From Dehalococcoidia bacterium (GTDB lineage: Bacteria; Chloroflexota; Dehalococcoidia; UBA6926), in contig OZ242203.1 in the NCBI GenBank assembly GCA_965206275.1, positions 904,474 to 968,473 on the forward strand: a stretch of 64,000 nt of DNA. The letters are read 5' to 3'. A program made the translations under genes and the position numbers. The stretch's first letter is position 1, and each line of letters opens with the position of its first letter. Shown here one piece after another: positions 35,142-47,500 of this stretch. The notes below the pieces were generated by a model. That model saw nothing but the letters and a program-made list of their open reading frames with translations. It was not told the DNA's origin and made no database searches.

Positions 35142-36410
35142 GTGTGTCATATCGATATTTATTCAGCAGCCAATGGCGCTGCCGATCTTACTCAGGCGAG
35201 TGACGAGCTCGACCTAGAAGTCGACACGAGGCTTGTCTGTGAAAACCTGTGGAAGGTCTTTGGAGACGGAGCCGAGGAGCTTGCCGAGTCCATAGAGCCC
35301 GGCCAGTCCAGAGAAGAGGTGCTGGCCGAGACCGGGTGCGTTCTCGCCGTCCGGGACATCTCATTCGATGTGCCTGAGGGAGAGACCTTCGTCATCATGG
35401 GTCTTTCCGGCAGCGGGAAGTCCACACTTGTGCGCTGTTTGAGCAGACTCATCGAACCGACGCGGGGACATGTCCACGTGGACGGTGAGGACCTGCTCGC
35501 GATGAACAAGCAGCAGCTGCGGGATGTCCGCCGCCACAAGATGGGCATGGTCTTCCAGCACTTCGGGAACTTCCCCCACAAACGCGTCCTTGAGAACGTT
35601 GTCTATGGGCTGCAGGTGCAGGGCATCGACAAGGCCACGCAGCAGAGCCGCGCGGAGGAAGTTATTGAGTTGGTGGGCCTGTCAGGATGGGAACACCGGT
35701 ACCCCCATGAGCTGAGCGGCGGAATGCAGCAGCGCGTTGGCTTGGCGCGCGCCCTTGCAGTCGATCCCGAGATTCTTCTGTTCGATGAGCCGTTCAGCGC
35801 TCTTGATCCCCTTATCCGCCGGGATATGCAGGACCAGCTGATCGGGCTCCAGCAACTGGTCAAGAAGACAATGGTCTTCATCACCCACGACTTCCTCGAG
35901 GCCATCAAGGTGGGAGACCGGGTGGCCATCATGAAGGACGGGGAGTTCGTCCAGGTGGGCACGCCCGAAGAGCTGGTCTCCAACCCCATCGACGATTACG
36001 TGCGGGACTTCACGCGCGACGTGCCGCGTTCAAAGGTGCTGACGGCGCGTTCCGTGATGACCGAGCCTTCAGTCTATGTGACGCCGGATCAGTCACTGGC
36101 CGGTGTGGTCGACAAGATGAACACAGAGGATTGCGAGTGCGCGGTGGTGGTGGACGGGGACGGTCGCTTTATCGGAACCATGCACCTGGATGATGTGCCG
36201 AGTAATGGCGCGTCGGCGCACTCCAGCGTCGCATCCTGCATGCAGGACTCCTGCCCTGTTGCGGATGCGGATACAAGCCTTGAACAGCTTATTCCTCTTG
36301 TAATCGACAACGACGCGCCTATCGTCGTCCTGGATGATTCCCGATGCATCGGCACCATAACTCGCGCAGCAGCCATGGCGGCGCTGGTGAGTGACGAGGG
36401 TGCAGTGTGA
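35142..36410 (+). CDS. proV: glycine betaine/proline ABC transporter ATP-binding protein with C-terminal CBS pair (ProV/OpuAA). Start uncertain: GTG at 35142, and the ORF is open from 34962.
   Basis: Walker [10 protein letters not shown] and [16 protein letters not shown]. Strong ProV N-terminal conservation (NLWKVFG). C-terminal CBS-like region. Confidence 0.85.
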   Translation: MCHIDIYSAANGAADLTQASDELDLEVDTRLVCENLWKVFGDGAEELAESIEPGQSREEVLAETGCVLAVRDISFDVPEGETFVIMGLSGSGKSTLVRCLSRLIEPTRGHVHVDGEDLLAMNKQQLRDVRRHKMGMVFQHFGNFPHKRVLENVVYGLQVQGIDKATQQSRAEEVIELVGLSGWEHRYPHELSGGMQQRVGLARALAVDPEILLFDEPFSALDPLIRRDMQDQLIGLQQLVKKTMVFITHDFLEAIKVGDRVAIMKDGEFVQVGTPEELVSNPIDDYVRDFTRDVPRSKVLTARSVMTEPSVYVTPDQSLAGVVDKMNTEDCECAVVVDGDGRFIGTMHLDDVPSNGASAHSSVASCMQDSCPVADADTSLEQLIPLVIDNDAPIVVLDDSRCIGTITRAAAMAALVSDEGAV

Positions 36411-38386
36411 TTCGCGCGGAGACTCTGCAGCTTCGCTACATCCGCGAGCCACGATTCAAATGGGCTCTTTGGGTGTTGGTGGCGGCGGCCTGCTATGGCC
36501 TGGCGTATACGCTGGCGGCCACCAACGCCAACACTGAGTTTGGCAACTGGCCGAGCAACTGGGAACTGCCGATGCAGGAGCCCATCGACGTGGCGTTCGA
36601 TTGGGTGGGGGACACTTTCGCGTGGTTCTTCAATCCAATCTCTGATGTCATTGCCGGTGGTGTGTCTGCAATCAACTCATTCCTTCTGTGGCTGCCCTGG
36701 CCCACTGTCCTGGCGATCGTCCTGATTGGAGGACTAAGGCTGGGCGGCAGAACGCTGGGACTGCTCAGCTGCGGGTCTCTGCTCTTCATTGGCCTCAACG
36801 GGTTCTGGGACTCCGCGGTGCTCACCATGAGCGTGGTTGTTGTCTCCGTGATCATCGGCGTGGGACTCGGCGTACCAGTGGGCATCCTGGCAGCCTTCAG
36901 CAATCGATTTGAAGCGCTTGTCCGGCCGATCCTGGATACCATGCAGGTGCTGCCTGCCTTCGTGTATTTCATTCCGGCGCTTGTCCTGTTTGGTGTGAGC
37001 GGCGCGGCGGGCGTTTTCCTGACGGTGGTCTATTCCATCCCGCCCGTTATCAGGCTGACCAACCTCGGGATCCGCCAGGTCCCACAGGCAGCCGTTGAAA
37101 CCGCTCAATCTCATGGATCGACACCACTCCAGACGCTGTTCCATGTACAGCTTCCGCTGGCAAAGAGCTCAATCATGATGGGGATCAACCAGACAATCAT
37201 GATGGCGGTTGCCATGGTGATTATTACGGCACTGGTGGGCGTTGGAGGGCTTGGTTGGGATGTCTGGCTCGCGCTACGCCAGGTGGACGCGGGCGATGGG
37301 CTGCAGAGCGGCATCGCAATCGTTCTCCTGGCCATCGTTTTGGACCGGTTCAGCTACGCGTTTGCCCAGTCCAGCCCGAAGGCGTCCGCGCCAGAGCCAG
37401 GCGACGATCAGTCCGGCGAGAAATCGGCGGGCGACATCATTCGACAGATGCCGTCCCTGAGCATTCTGTTGATGGTGGGTGTTGGGCTCCTGACCGTCCT
37501 CGGCGTGTTGATTGCGCCACTGAGAGATATCCCGGAAGAACTCACCTTCTCGCTGACAGACCAGATCAACATGGTGTTTGACTGGATGGCCGTCCACATT
37601 CACTTTGCGACGAGCTGGAGCCGTGACATCCTGTTCCGCGAGCTTGGCTACGCACCCGTCAATACGTTCTTTCTTTGGCTTCCATGGCCCGCACTGATGT
37701 TGGTTGCGGCGGGCGCGGCTTACTTTGCCGCGGGATGGCGCATAGCCCTTCTCGCTGTGGGGGGCCTCGCGTTCGCAGGCATTGGAGGTCTCTGGGACAT
37801 CACAGTGGACACCCTGAGCCAGGTGCTAACGGCGGGGGTGTTCACAGTGGTCGTGGGGGTCGCAATTGGCGCTCTCGTGTCCCAGAGCAGGACGTTTGAG
37901 GCGATCCTGCGTCCCATCCTGGACACCATGCAGACGATGCCGATATTCGTGTACCTGATACCGGTCATCATGCTCTGGGGGATTGGGCCACTGGTCGGCA
38001 TCATCGCCACAGCGATATACGCGGTGCCTCCGGTGATTCGTATGACGTCCCTGGGAATCAGGGAGGTGCCGGCCCAGGCAATCGAAACCGCGCAGTCCCA
38101 CGGCTCGACGGGGCTTCAGACCATGCTGCAGGTGAAGATGCCGCTGGCGCTGCCAACAATCATGATGGGCATCAACCAGACGATCATCATGGTGTTGGCC
38201 ATGGTAATCATCGCCGGTCTCGTTGGCGGTCGCGGCCTTGGAGAAGTGATTATCGTCAGCTCTCTCAGGCTCGACATTGGCGACGGTCTGATAGCGGGCA
38301 TGACCATCGTCATCATGGCGATGATTCTCGACCGAATGACCCAACGACGGGGGAAGGCGTCTGCCACTTCGGGTTTGTTCAGATAG
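36407..38386 (+). CDS. proW: tandem-duplicated (fused) glycine betaine ABC permease ProW/OpuAB, two permease domains in one 659-aa polypeptide
   Basis: Two internal repeats, each with ...[16 protein letters not shown]...G......VYA.PPVIR.T.LGIR.VP....E.AQSHGST.LQ... (EAA-loop region). GTG start overlaps the proV stop. Confidence 0.8.
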   Translation: MIRAETLQLRYIREPRFKWALWVLVAAACYGLAYTLAATNANTEFGNWPSNWELPMQEPIDVAFDWVGDTFAWFFNPISDVIAGGVSAINSFLLWLPWPTVLAIVLIGGLRLGGRTLGLLSCGSLLFIGLNGFWDSAVLTMSVVVVSVIIGVGLGVPVGILAAFSNRFEALVRPILDTMQVLPAFVYFIPALVLFGVSGAAGVFLTVVYSIPPVIRLTNLGIRQVPQAAVETAQSHGSTPLQTLFHVQLPLAKSSIMMGINQTIMMAVAMVIITALVGVGGLGWDVWLALRQVDAGDGLQSGIAIVLLAIVLDRFSYAFAQSSPKASAPEPGDDQSGEKSAGDIIRQMPSLSILLMVGVGLLTVLGVLIAPLRDIPEELTFSLTDQINMVFDWMAVHIHFATSWSRDILFRELGYAPVNTFFLWLPWPALMLVAAGAAYFAAGWRIALLAVGGLAFAGIGGLWDITVDTLSQVLTAGVFTVVVGVAIGALVSQSRTFEAILRPILDTMQTMPIFVYLIPVIMLWGIGPLVGIIATAIYAVPPVIRMTSLGIREVPAQAIETAQSHGSTGLQTMLQVKMPLALPTIMMGINQTIIMVLAMVIIAGLVGGRGLGEVIIVSSLRLDIGDGLIAGMTIVIMAMILDRMTQRRGKASATSGLFR

Positions 38387-38498
38387 CACTGAGATAATTG
38401 AGATTTCGTTGAACAAGGAGGACTGTGTATGTGACCAACCGGAAGGAGGCAACCGAGCAGGGTTGCCTGTCGCGCCACTAAAAGACAGGAGGGAAAGA

Positions 38499-39503
38499 AT
38501 GAAGAAACTGAGAAAGGCCTTGTTTGGTATCTCGCTGGCAATGCTGCTGACTATCGGCCTCGCGGCAGGTCTGGCATGTGAACAGGCGGAAGACGACGCG
38601 GCCGAAACTGATGAGAGGGGCACCCTCTATCTCGTCGACCAGGATTGGAACGGCCAGCTTGTCATGACGGCCGTGGCACAGATCCTATTGGAGCAAGAGA
38701 TGGGCCTCGACGTCGCGACGAAGTTCGCGCCCGCCGATTCGGTGCCGTTGTTCATCGGGCTCGAAAATGGTGACTTCCACTTCGTTTGCTGCAACTGGCC
38801 GTCATACAGCGCTGACCTGCTTGATGAGTACGTCGACGCTGACGAAGCCACGGTGGACCGCCTGGGTTCGGTCGGCATTCTTGGCACGGGCGGCTGGTAT
38901 GTGCCCTCCTACGTCATCAATGGCGACCCGGATCGCGGAATTGAGCCCGTGGCTCCCAACCTCCGCACGGTTGACGACATGAACCAGTACAAGGACATCT
39001 TTGCCACGAGCGATACGGCCCCAAGCGGCCGGGTGCTGGAGTTCACTCCGGCATGGGACACACGGCCTGAGGAACGCATGGAGGCATTCGGCGTTGACTT
39101 CGTTCCGATCTACGCCGGATCCGAGGGCGCGGCGCTGGCTGAGGTGGACGCTGCCTTCCAGAGAGGCGACCCGGTTATCACGTACCTGTGGGAGCCGCAC
39201 TGGGCGCATGCCAAGTATGACCTCGTCCGCATTGAGATGCCGGAGTGGACCACAGATTGCTATCCGGACGGCGAGAGCTTTGACTGCGGCTACCCAAGCG
39301 ATCCCGTTGCCAAACTGATTTGGCCCGGTCTTCAAGAGGAGTTCCCGGAGGCTTACGAGTTCCTCTCCAACTTCGAGATGACCAACGCACAGCAGAACGA
39401 GATTGTGCTGAATCTGACTGAGAACGACCTGCCGGTGCGGGCGGCCGCACAGGAGTGGGTTGACGCCAACGAGTCAGTGTGGAGGGCCTGGATTCCATCG
39501 TAA
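38499..39503 (+). CDS. proX: glycine betaine ABC transporter substrate-binding lipoprotein (ProX/OpuAC)
   Basis: ATG at 38499 with AGGAGGGAAAGA SD. Lipobox LAAGLAC. Mature domain LYLVDQDWNGQ... is typical of OpuAC/ProX. Confidence 0.82.
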   Translation: MKKLRKALFGISLAMLLTIGLAAGLACEQAEDDAAETDERGTLYLVDQDWNGQLVMTAVAQILLEQEMGLDVATKFAPADSVPLFIGLENGDFHFVCCNWPSYSADLLDEYVDADEATVDRLGSVGILGTGGWYVPSYVINGDPDRGIEPVAPNLRTVDDMNQYKDIFATSDTAPSGRVLEFTPAWDTRPEERMEAFGVDFVPIYAGSEGAALAEVDAAFQRGDPVITYLWEPHWAHAKYDLVRIEMPEWTTDCYPDGESFDCGYPSDPVAKLIWPGLQEEFPEAYEFLSNFEMTNAQQNEIVLNLTENDLPVRAAAQEWVDANESVWRAWIPS

Positions 39504-39525
39504 CGGCACACAGTGCATTGATGAC

Positions 39526-39566
39526 GAGGGAGAGGGGTTTGCCCCTCTCCCTCGTTTGGGTTTTGG
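39526..39566 (+). terminator. rho-independent terminator after proX
   Basis: gagggagagggg-ttt-gcccctctccctc followed by gtttgggttttgg. Confidence 0.7.
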
Positions 39567-39939
39567 GGGGTTGTGGACAGTGTACTCTTACTTAGGAAAT
39601 CGCTATATCGGAGGTGAGGTCGGAGTAGAAACGATTCCCGTCCCGTAGGATTGACGATGGGGCAAGCATGCTTCAGGGGCGATGTCCAGCCAAAATACAG
39701 ACCGCTTGAGCAAGCTTGAAAGATGCCTCCAATCTGAGCACAGAGGCGGTTCGGGCGATAGTTTACGGCGAAGAATTGCAGGATACCTCGAATTCAAGAG
39801 ACATTCATGGCTAGGTGCGAGAGTTTTGTGAGCACCGGGGACCAGAAACGTCAACAGTAAGAGTGGACATACTAGGTAAGCGAGAGTTTGGCTACAGATT
39901 GAGATTGACTGGCACCTTTAGGACAATTGGCAAAGGCTG

Positions 39940-40467
39940 ATGGACAGCGAAGCACACCAGTATGCGGAGCATGGATTCAGTAACGAGTCGTTGCGCATGC
40001 TAGATAGCGAGGAGGGACAACTCAACGCGGTCTTTGCTTGCTTTGGCTCGGCTGCCCAGCACGGCCAGTTATTCGAACAGGGCCTGACAAGATTCTTGAT
40101 GGTGTGTAGCAAGGCTGGCTTGGTGTCGATTAGCAACATCGATACCACAAACAAAATGACCATGGGCCAGCTATTTCGCGAAGTGCGGAAGCATGTCACC
40201 ATAATCGACAATTGGGTTGAGGAGGACTTCTTGACTGCCATACAGCAGAGGAATTTCCTAATCCACCGCTTCTTCTTGGAGCGCAGCGCCCAACTTCGTT
40301 CGTCCAGTGGTCGTGTGGAGCTTCTCAACGAATTGGTAAGTATGGAGTTGAATCTCGATCGTTGTCATACACTAATAAACGCGATGCGCATTGCCATGTG
40401 CAGAACGCTAGGAATTACAGATGATTGGGCCTATGAGTACACAGCCGACACTCCGGGCGATTCTTAA
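39940..40467 (+). CDS. hypothetical protein in lower-GC (about 50%) islet; possible HEPN-like (R-N-x-x-x-H motif) protein
   Basis: The only plausible ORF in the AT-richer 39.58-40.62 kb segment. Contains RNFLIHR, which fits the HEPN Rx4-6H motif. Otherwise no recognisable family. Confidence 0.4.
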   Translation: MDSEAHQYAEHGFSNESLRMLDSEEGQLNAVFACFGSAAQHGQLFEQGLTRFLMVCSKAGLVSISNIDTTNKMTMGQLFREVRKHVTIIDNWVEEDFLTAIQQRNFLIHRFFLERSAQLRSSSGRVELLNELVSMELNLDRCHTLINAMRIAMCRTLGITDDWAYEYTADTPGDS

Positions 40468-40639
40468 GTCCGCCTGATGACGATTCAGTTCATTTTCGCA
40501 GCTTGAAGCCCTTATGCTGGGCAATTCAATTGCTAGTCTCAGCGAGGGCCTTGTGCAAAATCTCCCGTGATACTTTCATTCAGTATCGGACACGTTTCAG
40601 AGTAATTTGCCCAGCCTCTACGCGATAACGGGCGGGGCG

Positions 40640-40745
40640 CGTTCCGGCCTTGGCGGTCTATTGAGGCTTTGGATTCTTCGCTTCGCTCGGAATGACATAG
40701 GGGGTTCCCCCCTCACCCCGGCCCTCTCTCTGAGGGAGAGGGGGT
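40640..40745. repeat. repeat copy (module B variant ttggattcttcgcttcgctcggaatgacata + C-like gggggttcccccctcaccccggccctctctctgagggagaggggg)
   Basis: Matches modules elsewhere in the window. Confidence 0.7.
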
Positions 40746-40762
40746 GGGCGGCAGGGCGCGGC

Positions 40763-40800
40763 TTGACGTGCAACCCTGTGGTTGTGTATTGTGTGCATCG
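40763..40800 (+). promoter_or_regulatory. sigma70-like promoter (TTGACG-18 nt-TATTGT) giving a leaderless arsR transcript
   Basis: The -10 element ends about 8 nt before the ATG at 40801, and there is no SD. Confidence 0.3.
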
Positions 40801-41073
40801 ATGAACGAGGACCTGGTGTTCAAGGCACTGGCGGATCCAACACGGAGGTTGATGCTGGACGAGCTCTCTGAGCGCAGGGAGCAGACGCTTTATGAGCTGA
40901 CGGCGCGCTTGATCATGCGCCATGAGGTCGCTATCTCCCGACAGGCCATGGCCAAGCACATTGCCGTGCTGGAGAAGGCGGGGATCGTCAGCTCAGAGAA
41001 GCGTGGCAAGTTTCGGATGCTCGTCTTCAACGATGAACCGATCCGCGGTGTCATGAATCGATGGCTGAAGTAA
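40801..41073 (+). CDS. ArsR/SmtB family transcriptional regulator
   Basis: ALADPTRRLMLDEL...LYELTARL is the ArsR wHTH signature. Start at the internal ATG (MNEDLVF). Confidence 0.8.
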   Translation: MNEDLVFKALADPTRRLMLDELSERREQTLYELTARLIMRHEVAISRQAMAKHIAVLEKAGIVSSEKRGKFRMLVFNDEPIRGVMNRWLK

Positions 41074-41099
41074 CTCCATGAGGAGAGGGGAAACGGGAT

Positions 41100-41483
41100 A
41101 TGCGCATCACGCACACCGGTGTTTTTGTCAATGACCAGGACAAGGCCCTGACGTTCTATACGGAGACGCTGGGCTTTGTGTTGAAGCACGACGTGCCTGC
41201 GGGGGAATACAGGTGGATTACGGTGGTCTCGCCCGATGATCCGGACGGGACCGAGCTTCTGCTTGAGCCGAATGAAAACCCGGTCGCGCAGACATATCAG
41301 AAGGGGATATTTGACCAGGGCATCCCGGCGACGTCATTTGGCGTTGCGGACATCCATGCAGAGCATGAGAAGCTGGCGGCACTGGGCGTTGCTTTTACGA
41401 TGGAGCCGACAGACATGGGCCCTGTTACTATCGCCGTCTTCGACGACACGTGCGGCAACCTGATCCAGATCATGCAGACGTAG
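41100..41483 (+). CDS. VOC (glyoxalase/bleomycin-resistance/dioxygenase) family protein
   Basis: MRITHTGVFVNDQDKALTFYTETLGF... is the paired beta-alpha-beta-beta-beta fold signature. Adjacent to arsR, a common pairing. Confidence 0.8.
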   Translation: MRITHTGVFVNDQDKALTFYTETLGFVLKHDVPAGEYRWITVVSPDDPDGTELLLEPNENPVAQTYQKGIFDQGIPATSFGVADIHAEHEKLAALGVAFTMEPTDMGPVTIAVFDDTCGNLIQIMQT

Positions 41484-41502
41484 GGGGGGCCGGGCGTCGG
41501 GG

Positions 41503-44500
41503 CTATTCGCGTTCTTCTGAATAGGTAGCGCTTCGTCCGTCTAAACTGTGACCCGCCGCGTAATGCCTGTTCCTGCGTTTCCGTATAACCCTGATGGCAA
41601 TTGCTATCAGCACTGCCAGCAACAGCAGCAACCACCAGGGCAGCGGAGTAAGCCACGACAACGGGAGCGCCATTGACGCGGGGGAGGCTGCTGAACCCGA
41701 ATCGCTTACGCCCGTCGACCCGCTCATAGACTGCGGGAAGCCGCCCGCCAACTCCGGCACGGGAGGAGTCGCCGTCGGCGCCACGCCGGACGTCATCCCT
41801 GAATCGCGCCCAGGTCCCATACCCGGACTGCCGGATTCCGTCTGCCTCTCGTACCCAGCCCCCGTCCGGGACTCGTAGCCAGGCCAAGCCCCCGGCACGA
41901 GAGTGGTTATCGGCTCCGGTGTGGGCGTGTCTTCGGGTTCAGGTGTAGACGTATCCTCCGGTTCAGGCGTGGATGTTGACTCCGGCGTGGGCGCGGGTGT
42001 CGGTTCCGGTGTGGGCGCGGGTGTCGGTTCCGGTGTGGGATCGGACGGTGGTTCCGGTGTGGGCGCGGGTGTCGGTTCCGGTGTGGGCACGGGTGTCGGC
42101 TCCGGTGTGGGTTCGGGTGTCGGTTCCGGTGTGGGCGCGGGTGTCGGTTCCGGTGTGGGCGCGGGTGTCGGTTCCGGTGTGGGATCCGACGGTGGTTCCG
42201 GTGTGGGTTCGGGCGTCGGCTCTGGTGTTGGATCGGACGGCGGCGGCGGTGGTGTCGGCGGAACAGGGCTGCCGGGCGTATCGTCGTTCGTGTCTGTGAT
42301 GGTGGTGGTTACCGATGCCGTGCCGATAGTGGGCGCGGGGCCTCCACCGCCTTGAGGATTAGAGACGGTGACGGTGAAGGTCTCGCCCGTGCCCTCGACG
42401 ACGGTGTCCTCGGTGGTGCTCACGGTGAACGTCTGCGACCCAGCCGCCGTGCTTGTGAAGGTCAGCGTGCCGGAGGCCGCCGCGTAGTCGGAGCCTGCTG
42501 TCGCCGTGCCGTCGGACGTGGCGTAGCTCACTGTCAGGGCTGCCGTGGGCGTGACGCCGGACGGGGAGAGGGAGACGGTGTACGTGGCGGAATCGCCCTC
42601 GTTCACGGATGAGGGGCCGCTGATGTTGACGGTAATCGGGTCGCTCCCGGCGATGGTGGCGGTGGCGGCGGAGGACCCGCTCTTGAGAAAGACCTGGGAT
42701 GACAGCGTCGAGGTGATTGTTCCGAGGGTGACGGTGAAGGTTTCCAGCCCCTCCGACAAGTTGTCGTCAATGACAGGGATAGTGATGGTCTGTGTGGAAC
42801 CCTCCGCGCTGTTGGCGCTGAAGGTCACGGTGCCGGACGCTCCTGTGTAGTCCGATGTCCCGGCCGTCCCGGCCGTGGCGGACCAGGCTACCTGCACTTC
42901 CGCCGCCACCTGCCTGGAGAGGGTGACGGTGAATACCGCGTCTCCGCCCTCGGAGACTGGGGACGTGGGGCCAGATATGCTCAGTTCCGCCCCGTCCACT
43001 CGCTCACTGTTAGAGTGATCCGTCAGCGTGATCTCGGCCGAATTGACTGTCAGGTCTACCGTGGTGGTACCGGAGACGGTGATAGTCTCATCGCCCTCCA
43101 CCACATCGTCGTTCGTCGGTGTGATCGTTAGCGTCCCGGTCGCACTGCCGGAATTCGCCGGGATGGTGATGCTGGTCAAGGTTGTCGTGACCGTGTAATC
43201 CGTGTCCTTAGTGGCGGTGCCTGAGAGAGTCCCGATGGTGATTACGGTGTCAGACGACCGAGTACTGCCCTGCAGCGTGGCGGTGACGGTAACTTCAGTG
43301 GCATCATCGTCTTCCCGAATGCCGGATGGGCTTACGCTGAGAACCACATCCGGCGGGTCGTCATCATCCGTGATAGTGGTAGTGACGGAGGCCGTGCCGA
43401 TAGTGGGCGCGGCTCCGCCACCACCTGTTGGGTTGGAGATACTGACGGTGAATGTCTCATCCAATTCGTCGATGGTGTCCTGCTTCGTTTCGACGGTGAA
43501 AGTCTGCGCGCCGGGGGCGGCATTGGTGAAGGTCAGCGTGCTGGACTTGGCAGTGTAGTCCGTTCCGACGGTCGCCGTGCCGTTGGAGGTGGCATAGGAG
43601 ACGGTGAGGTCTGCCGTGGGTGTGACGCCTGACGGCGAGAGGGAGACGGTGTATACAGTCGTCGTGTCGCCTTCGTCCACGGTGGACGGGCCGCTGATGT
43701 TGATAGTGATTGGGTCGCTTTCGGCGATGGTGGCAGTGGCACTGGCGGCAGTGCTCTTGACCCACACGGTGTCTGCCTGGTCACCGGAATCTGCGCCCAA
43801 TGCGACGCTGAAGGTTTCAGAGCCCTCCGACAGGTCGTCGTCGGTGACCGCAATCGTGATGGTCTGCGTGGCCTCGGCTGCGGAATTGGCGTCGAAGGTA
43901 ACGGAGCCGGACGTGGCGCCCAGGTCCGCTGCTACCGCTGTGTCTGCGGCAATGGACCAGGCGACCGTGACATCCGCGGTTACGGTCCTGGACAGAGTGA
44001 CGGTGAAGGTTGCGTTGGAGCCCTCCGTTACCTCTGCCGACGGCCCGGTGATGCTCAAGTACGCCGAGTCGTTGTCGTTGATGGTGATGAGCGCGGAGGC
44101 AATGGTCAGGGTTCCAGAGCTGCCGCCGACGATGATGGTCTCGTCGCCCTCGGATATGTCGTCGTCAATGAGGGTGAGGGTTAGGGTGCCAGAGCCGCTG
44201 GACTGATTTGCCGGTATGGTCACGCTGGCCTGCTCTGGGCCGGTGTAATCCGCGCTATCCGCGGTTCCTCCCAGGGTTAGGCTAACGGTAGTTGCTGTGT
44301 TCGGCGGTGTCTCCACGTCATGGGTGGCCGTTACGGTGAAGGTGGTCTCGCCGTTGTCTTCGTTCACGGAGACCGGGGAGACGGTTAGCTGGATGTCTAT
44401 ATCCGCACTATTGCCGGGGGGGTCAGATGGGGACAAGAGTAGCGCATCGTTGTCCCTGATGTCAGTGGTGACGGTAGGGGATGTGCCGAGGGCGGGGGTG

Positions 44501-47500
44501 GGGTCTCCGCCGCCTGTGGGATTAGAGATGGAGGCGGTGAAGTTCTCGGTGTTTTCGGCCAGGATGTCCTCGGTGGTCTGCACCGTGAACGTCTTGTCTC
44601 CGGCGTCGGTCTGGGTGAATGTCAGGGTGCCAGAGGCAGCGGTGTAGTCGGAACCGGTTACTGCCGTACCATCGGCGGTGGCGTAGTTCACTGTTAGATC
44701 CGCTGTGGGTGTCACACCTGCGGGAGACAGCGATACCGTGTACGTTGCCGGGTCTCCCTCAGTCACTTCCTCTGTAGGCCCGGTGACTGAGATAGTGATG
44801 GGGTCACTTGCGGCGATGGTGGCAGTGGCAGAGGAAGCCCCGCTCTTCAGGGAGACCTGGGAGGAGAGGTCGGAGGTGATGGTTCCAAGGGTGACGGTGA
44901 AGCTCTCTGCGCCCTCGGAGAGCATGTCATCCGTTGCGGTGATGTTGATGGTCTGCGTCGCTCCAGCGGCGGAGTTGGCGGCGAAGGTCACGGTGCCACT
45001 GTCGGGAGAGTAGTCGTCCGTGTTTCCGGTAGCTGTCCACGCCACAGTCACGGACTTCGCGATGGCCCCCGACAGGGTGACGGTGAAGGTGGCGTTGCTG
45101 CCTTCGGAGACGTTGGATGCCGGGCCGGTGATGGAAATCTCTGCGGAGTCCTTGTCGTCCGTCGGGGTGGTAGTGGTCTTGTTGTCGTCGGTGAGGGTTA
45201 CCGTGGCGGAGGTGACGCTCAAGCTCACTGTTGTGGTGCCGGGGATGGTGATGGTCTCATCTCCCTCTACCACGGCGTCGTCGGTGGGGGTGATGGTGAG
45301 AGTTCCTGTCCCAGTGGACGAGTTGGCAGGGATGGTGATTCTGGTTAGGCTCGTCGCCGTGTAGTCGGTGTCTTTGGTCGCCGACCCCGCAAGCGTACCG
45401 ATGGTAACTATGGTGGCAGTAGGCAGGGTGCTATCGCCGTCGAGAGTCGCGGTGACGGTGATTGACGTCGCCGAATCATCCTCACCCAAAGTGGACGGGT
45501 TCGCGGTAAGTGTGATGCCTGTAGGCGCGTCGTCATCGTCCGTGATGGTGGTACTCACCGAGGACGTGCCGAGGCTCGGCGCGGGACCGCCGCCGCCTGA
45601 CGGGCTGGAGATGGTGACGGTGAAGGTTTCGCCTGTCCTCTCGTCGATGGTGTCCTCGGTGGTCTGCACGGTGAACGTCTGTGATCCCGCGGCCGCGTTC
45701 GTGAAGGTCAGCGTGCCGGACTTGGCGGTGTAGTCAGTGCCAGCCGTGGCCGTGCCATTGGAAGTGGCGTAGCTCACGGTGAGATTCGTGGTCGGTATGA
45801 CGCCTGACGGCGACAGGGAGACGGTGTATGCGGTGGTGGCGTCACCCTCGTCCACGGTGGATGGGCCGGAGATGTTGATGGTGATGGGGTCGCTGGCGGC
45901 GATGGTGGCGGTGGCGGAGGATGCGCCGTTCTTGAGAGATATTTGCGACGACAAGGTCGACGTGATTGTACCCAGTGTCACGGTGAAGGATTCCGCCGTT
46001 TCCGAGAGTATGTCGTCCGTTACCGTGATGGTGATACTCTGCGTAGCTCCGGCCGCGGAGTTGGCCGTGAAGGTCACGGTGCCCGTCGTCGCCGACAGGT
46101 CAGCACTCTCTGCTGTGTCCGTGCTCAATGGCGCGGACCACGCAACTTGCACTTCGGCATCCACTGCCTGCGACAGTGTCACTGTGAAGGAGGCGCTGCT
46201 GCCCTCAGCGACGTTGGATGTGGGGCCGGAGATGGAGACCTCTGCTGAGTCCTTGTCGTCCGTTGGGGTGGTAGTGGTCTTGTTGTCGTCGGTGAGGGTG
46301 ATGGTGGCGGATGTGACAGTTAGGCTGACCGTCGTCGTGCCGGGGAGGGTGATGGTCTCATCACCCTCCACCACCGAGTCGTCCCTAGGCGTGATTGTGA
46401 TTGTGCCCGTTCCACTGGTCGAGTTGGCGGGGATGGTGATACTGGTCAACGACGTAGTCGTGTAGTCGGTGTCTTTAGTGGCGGTGCCGGACAGGGTACC
46501 GATGGTGACGACGGTGGCGGAAGTTCGGGTGGTGCCGCCGTTGAGGGTGGCTGTGACGGTGATCGACGTCGCCGAATCATCCTCGCCTAAGCTGGACGGG
46601 CTCGCGCTGAGTGTGATGCCCGACGGCGCGTCATCATCGTCCGTGATGGTGGTACTCACCGACGACGTACCAAGACTCGGCGCGGGGCCTCCGCCGCCTG
46701 ATGGGCTGGAGATGGTGACGGTAAAGGTCTCGCCCGTTCCTTCGTCGATGGTGTCCTCCGTCGTCTGGACGGTGATGGTTTGCGACCCAGCCGCCGTGTT
46801 CGTGAAGGTCAACGTGCCGGATTTGGCGGTGTAGTCCGTCCCCGCCGTGGCCGAGCCGTTCGACGTGTTATAGGAGACCGTCAGGTCCGCCGTCGGCGTC
46901 ACTCCGGTCGGGGAGAGGGAGACGGTGTATGCGGTGGTGGCGTCACCCTCGTCCACGGTGGATGGGCCAGAGACGTTGATGGTGATTGGGTCGCTTGCGG
47001 CGATGGTGGCTTGGGCGGAGGATGCTCCGTTCTTCAGAGAGATCTGGGAAGACAGCGTGGAGGTGATGGCTCCGAGCGTAACGGTAAAAGTTTCTGCCGT
47101 TTCCGAGAGCATGTCGTCGGTGGCGGTGATTGTGATGCTTTGCGTCGCGCCCGCCGCGGAGTTGGCCGTGAAGGTCACCGTGCCGGATGTGGCCGATAGG
47201 TCACTACCTTCCGCCGCGTCTGTGCCCAGCGGCGCGGACCACGCAACTTGCACTTCGGCATCCACTGCCTGCGACAGTGTCACGGTGAAGGAGGCGCTGC
47301 TGCCCTCAGCGACGTTGGATGTGGGGCCGGAGATGGAGACCTCTGCTGAGTCCTTGTCGTCCGTTGGGGTAGTAGTGGTCTTGTTGTCGTCGGTGAGGGT
47401 AATGGTGGCGGATGTCACAGTCAGGCCCACCTGCGTTGTGGTGGCGCCGGGGATGGTGATGGTCTCGTCGCCCTCCACCACCGCATCGTCCGTCAGGGTG

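Noticed and set aside
39576-39940. Possible tRNA or tmRNA integration site at the edge of the low-GC islet
   Set aside because: No convincing acceptor/T-arm (GGTTCGANTCC...CCA) structure could be found by eye. The segment gaaacgattcccgtcccgt is only a weak resemblance.
39918-40328. 136-aa minus-strand ORF overlapping the HEPN-motif ORF
   Set aside because: Ser/Leu/Cys-rich composition with no start context. The plus-strand ORF has more protein-like composition.
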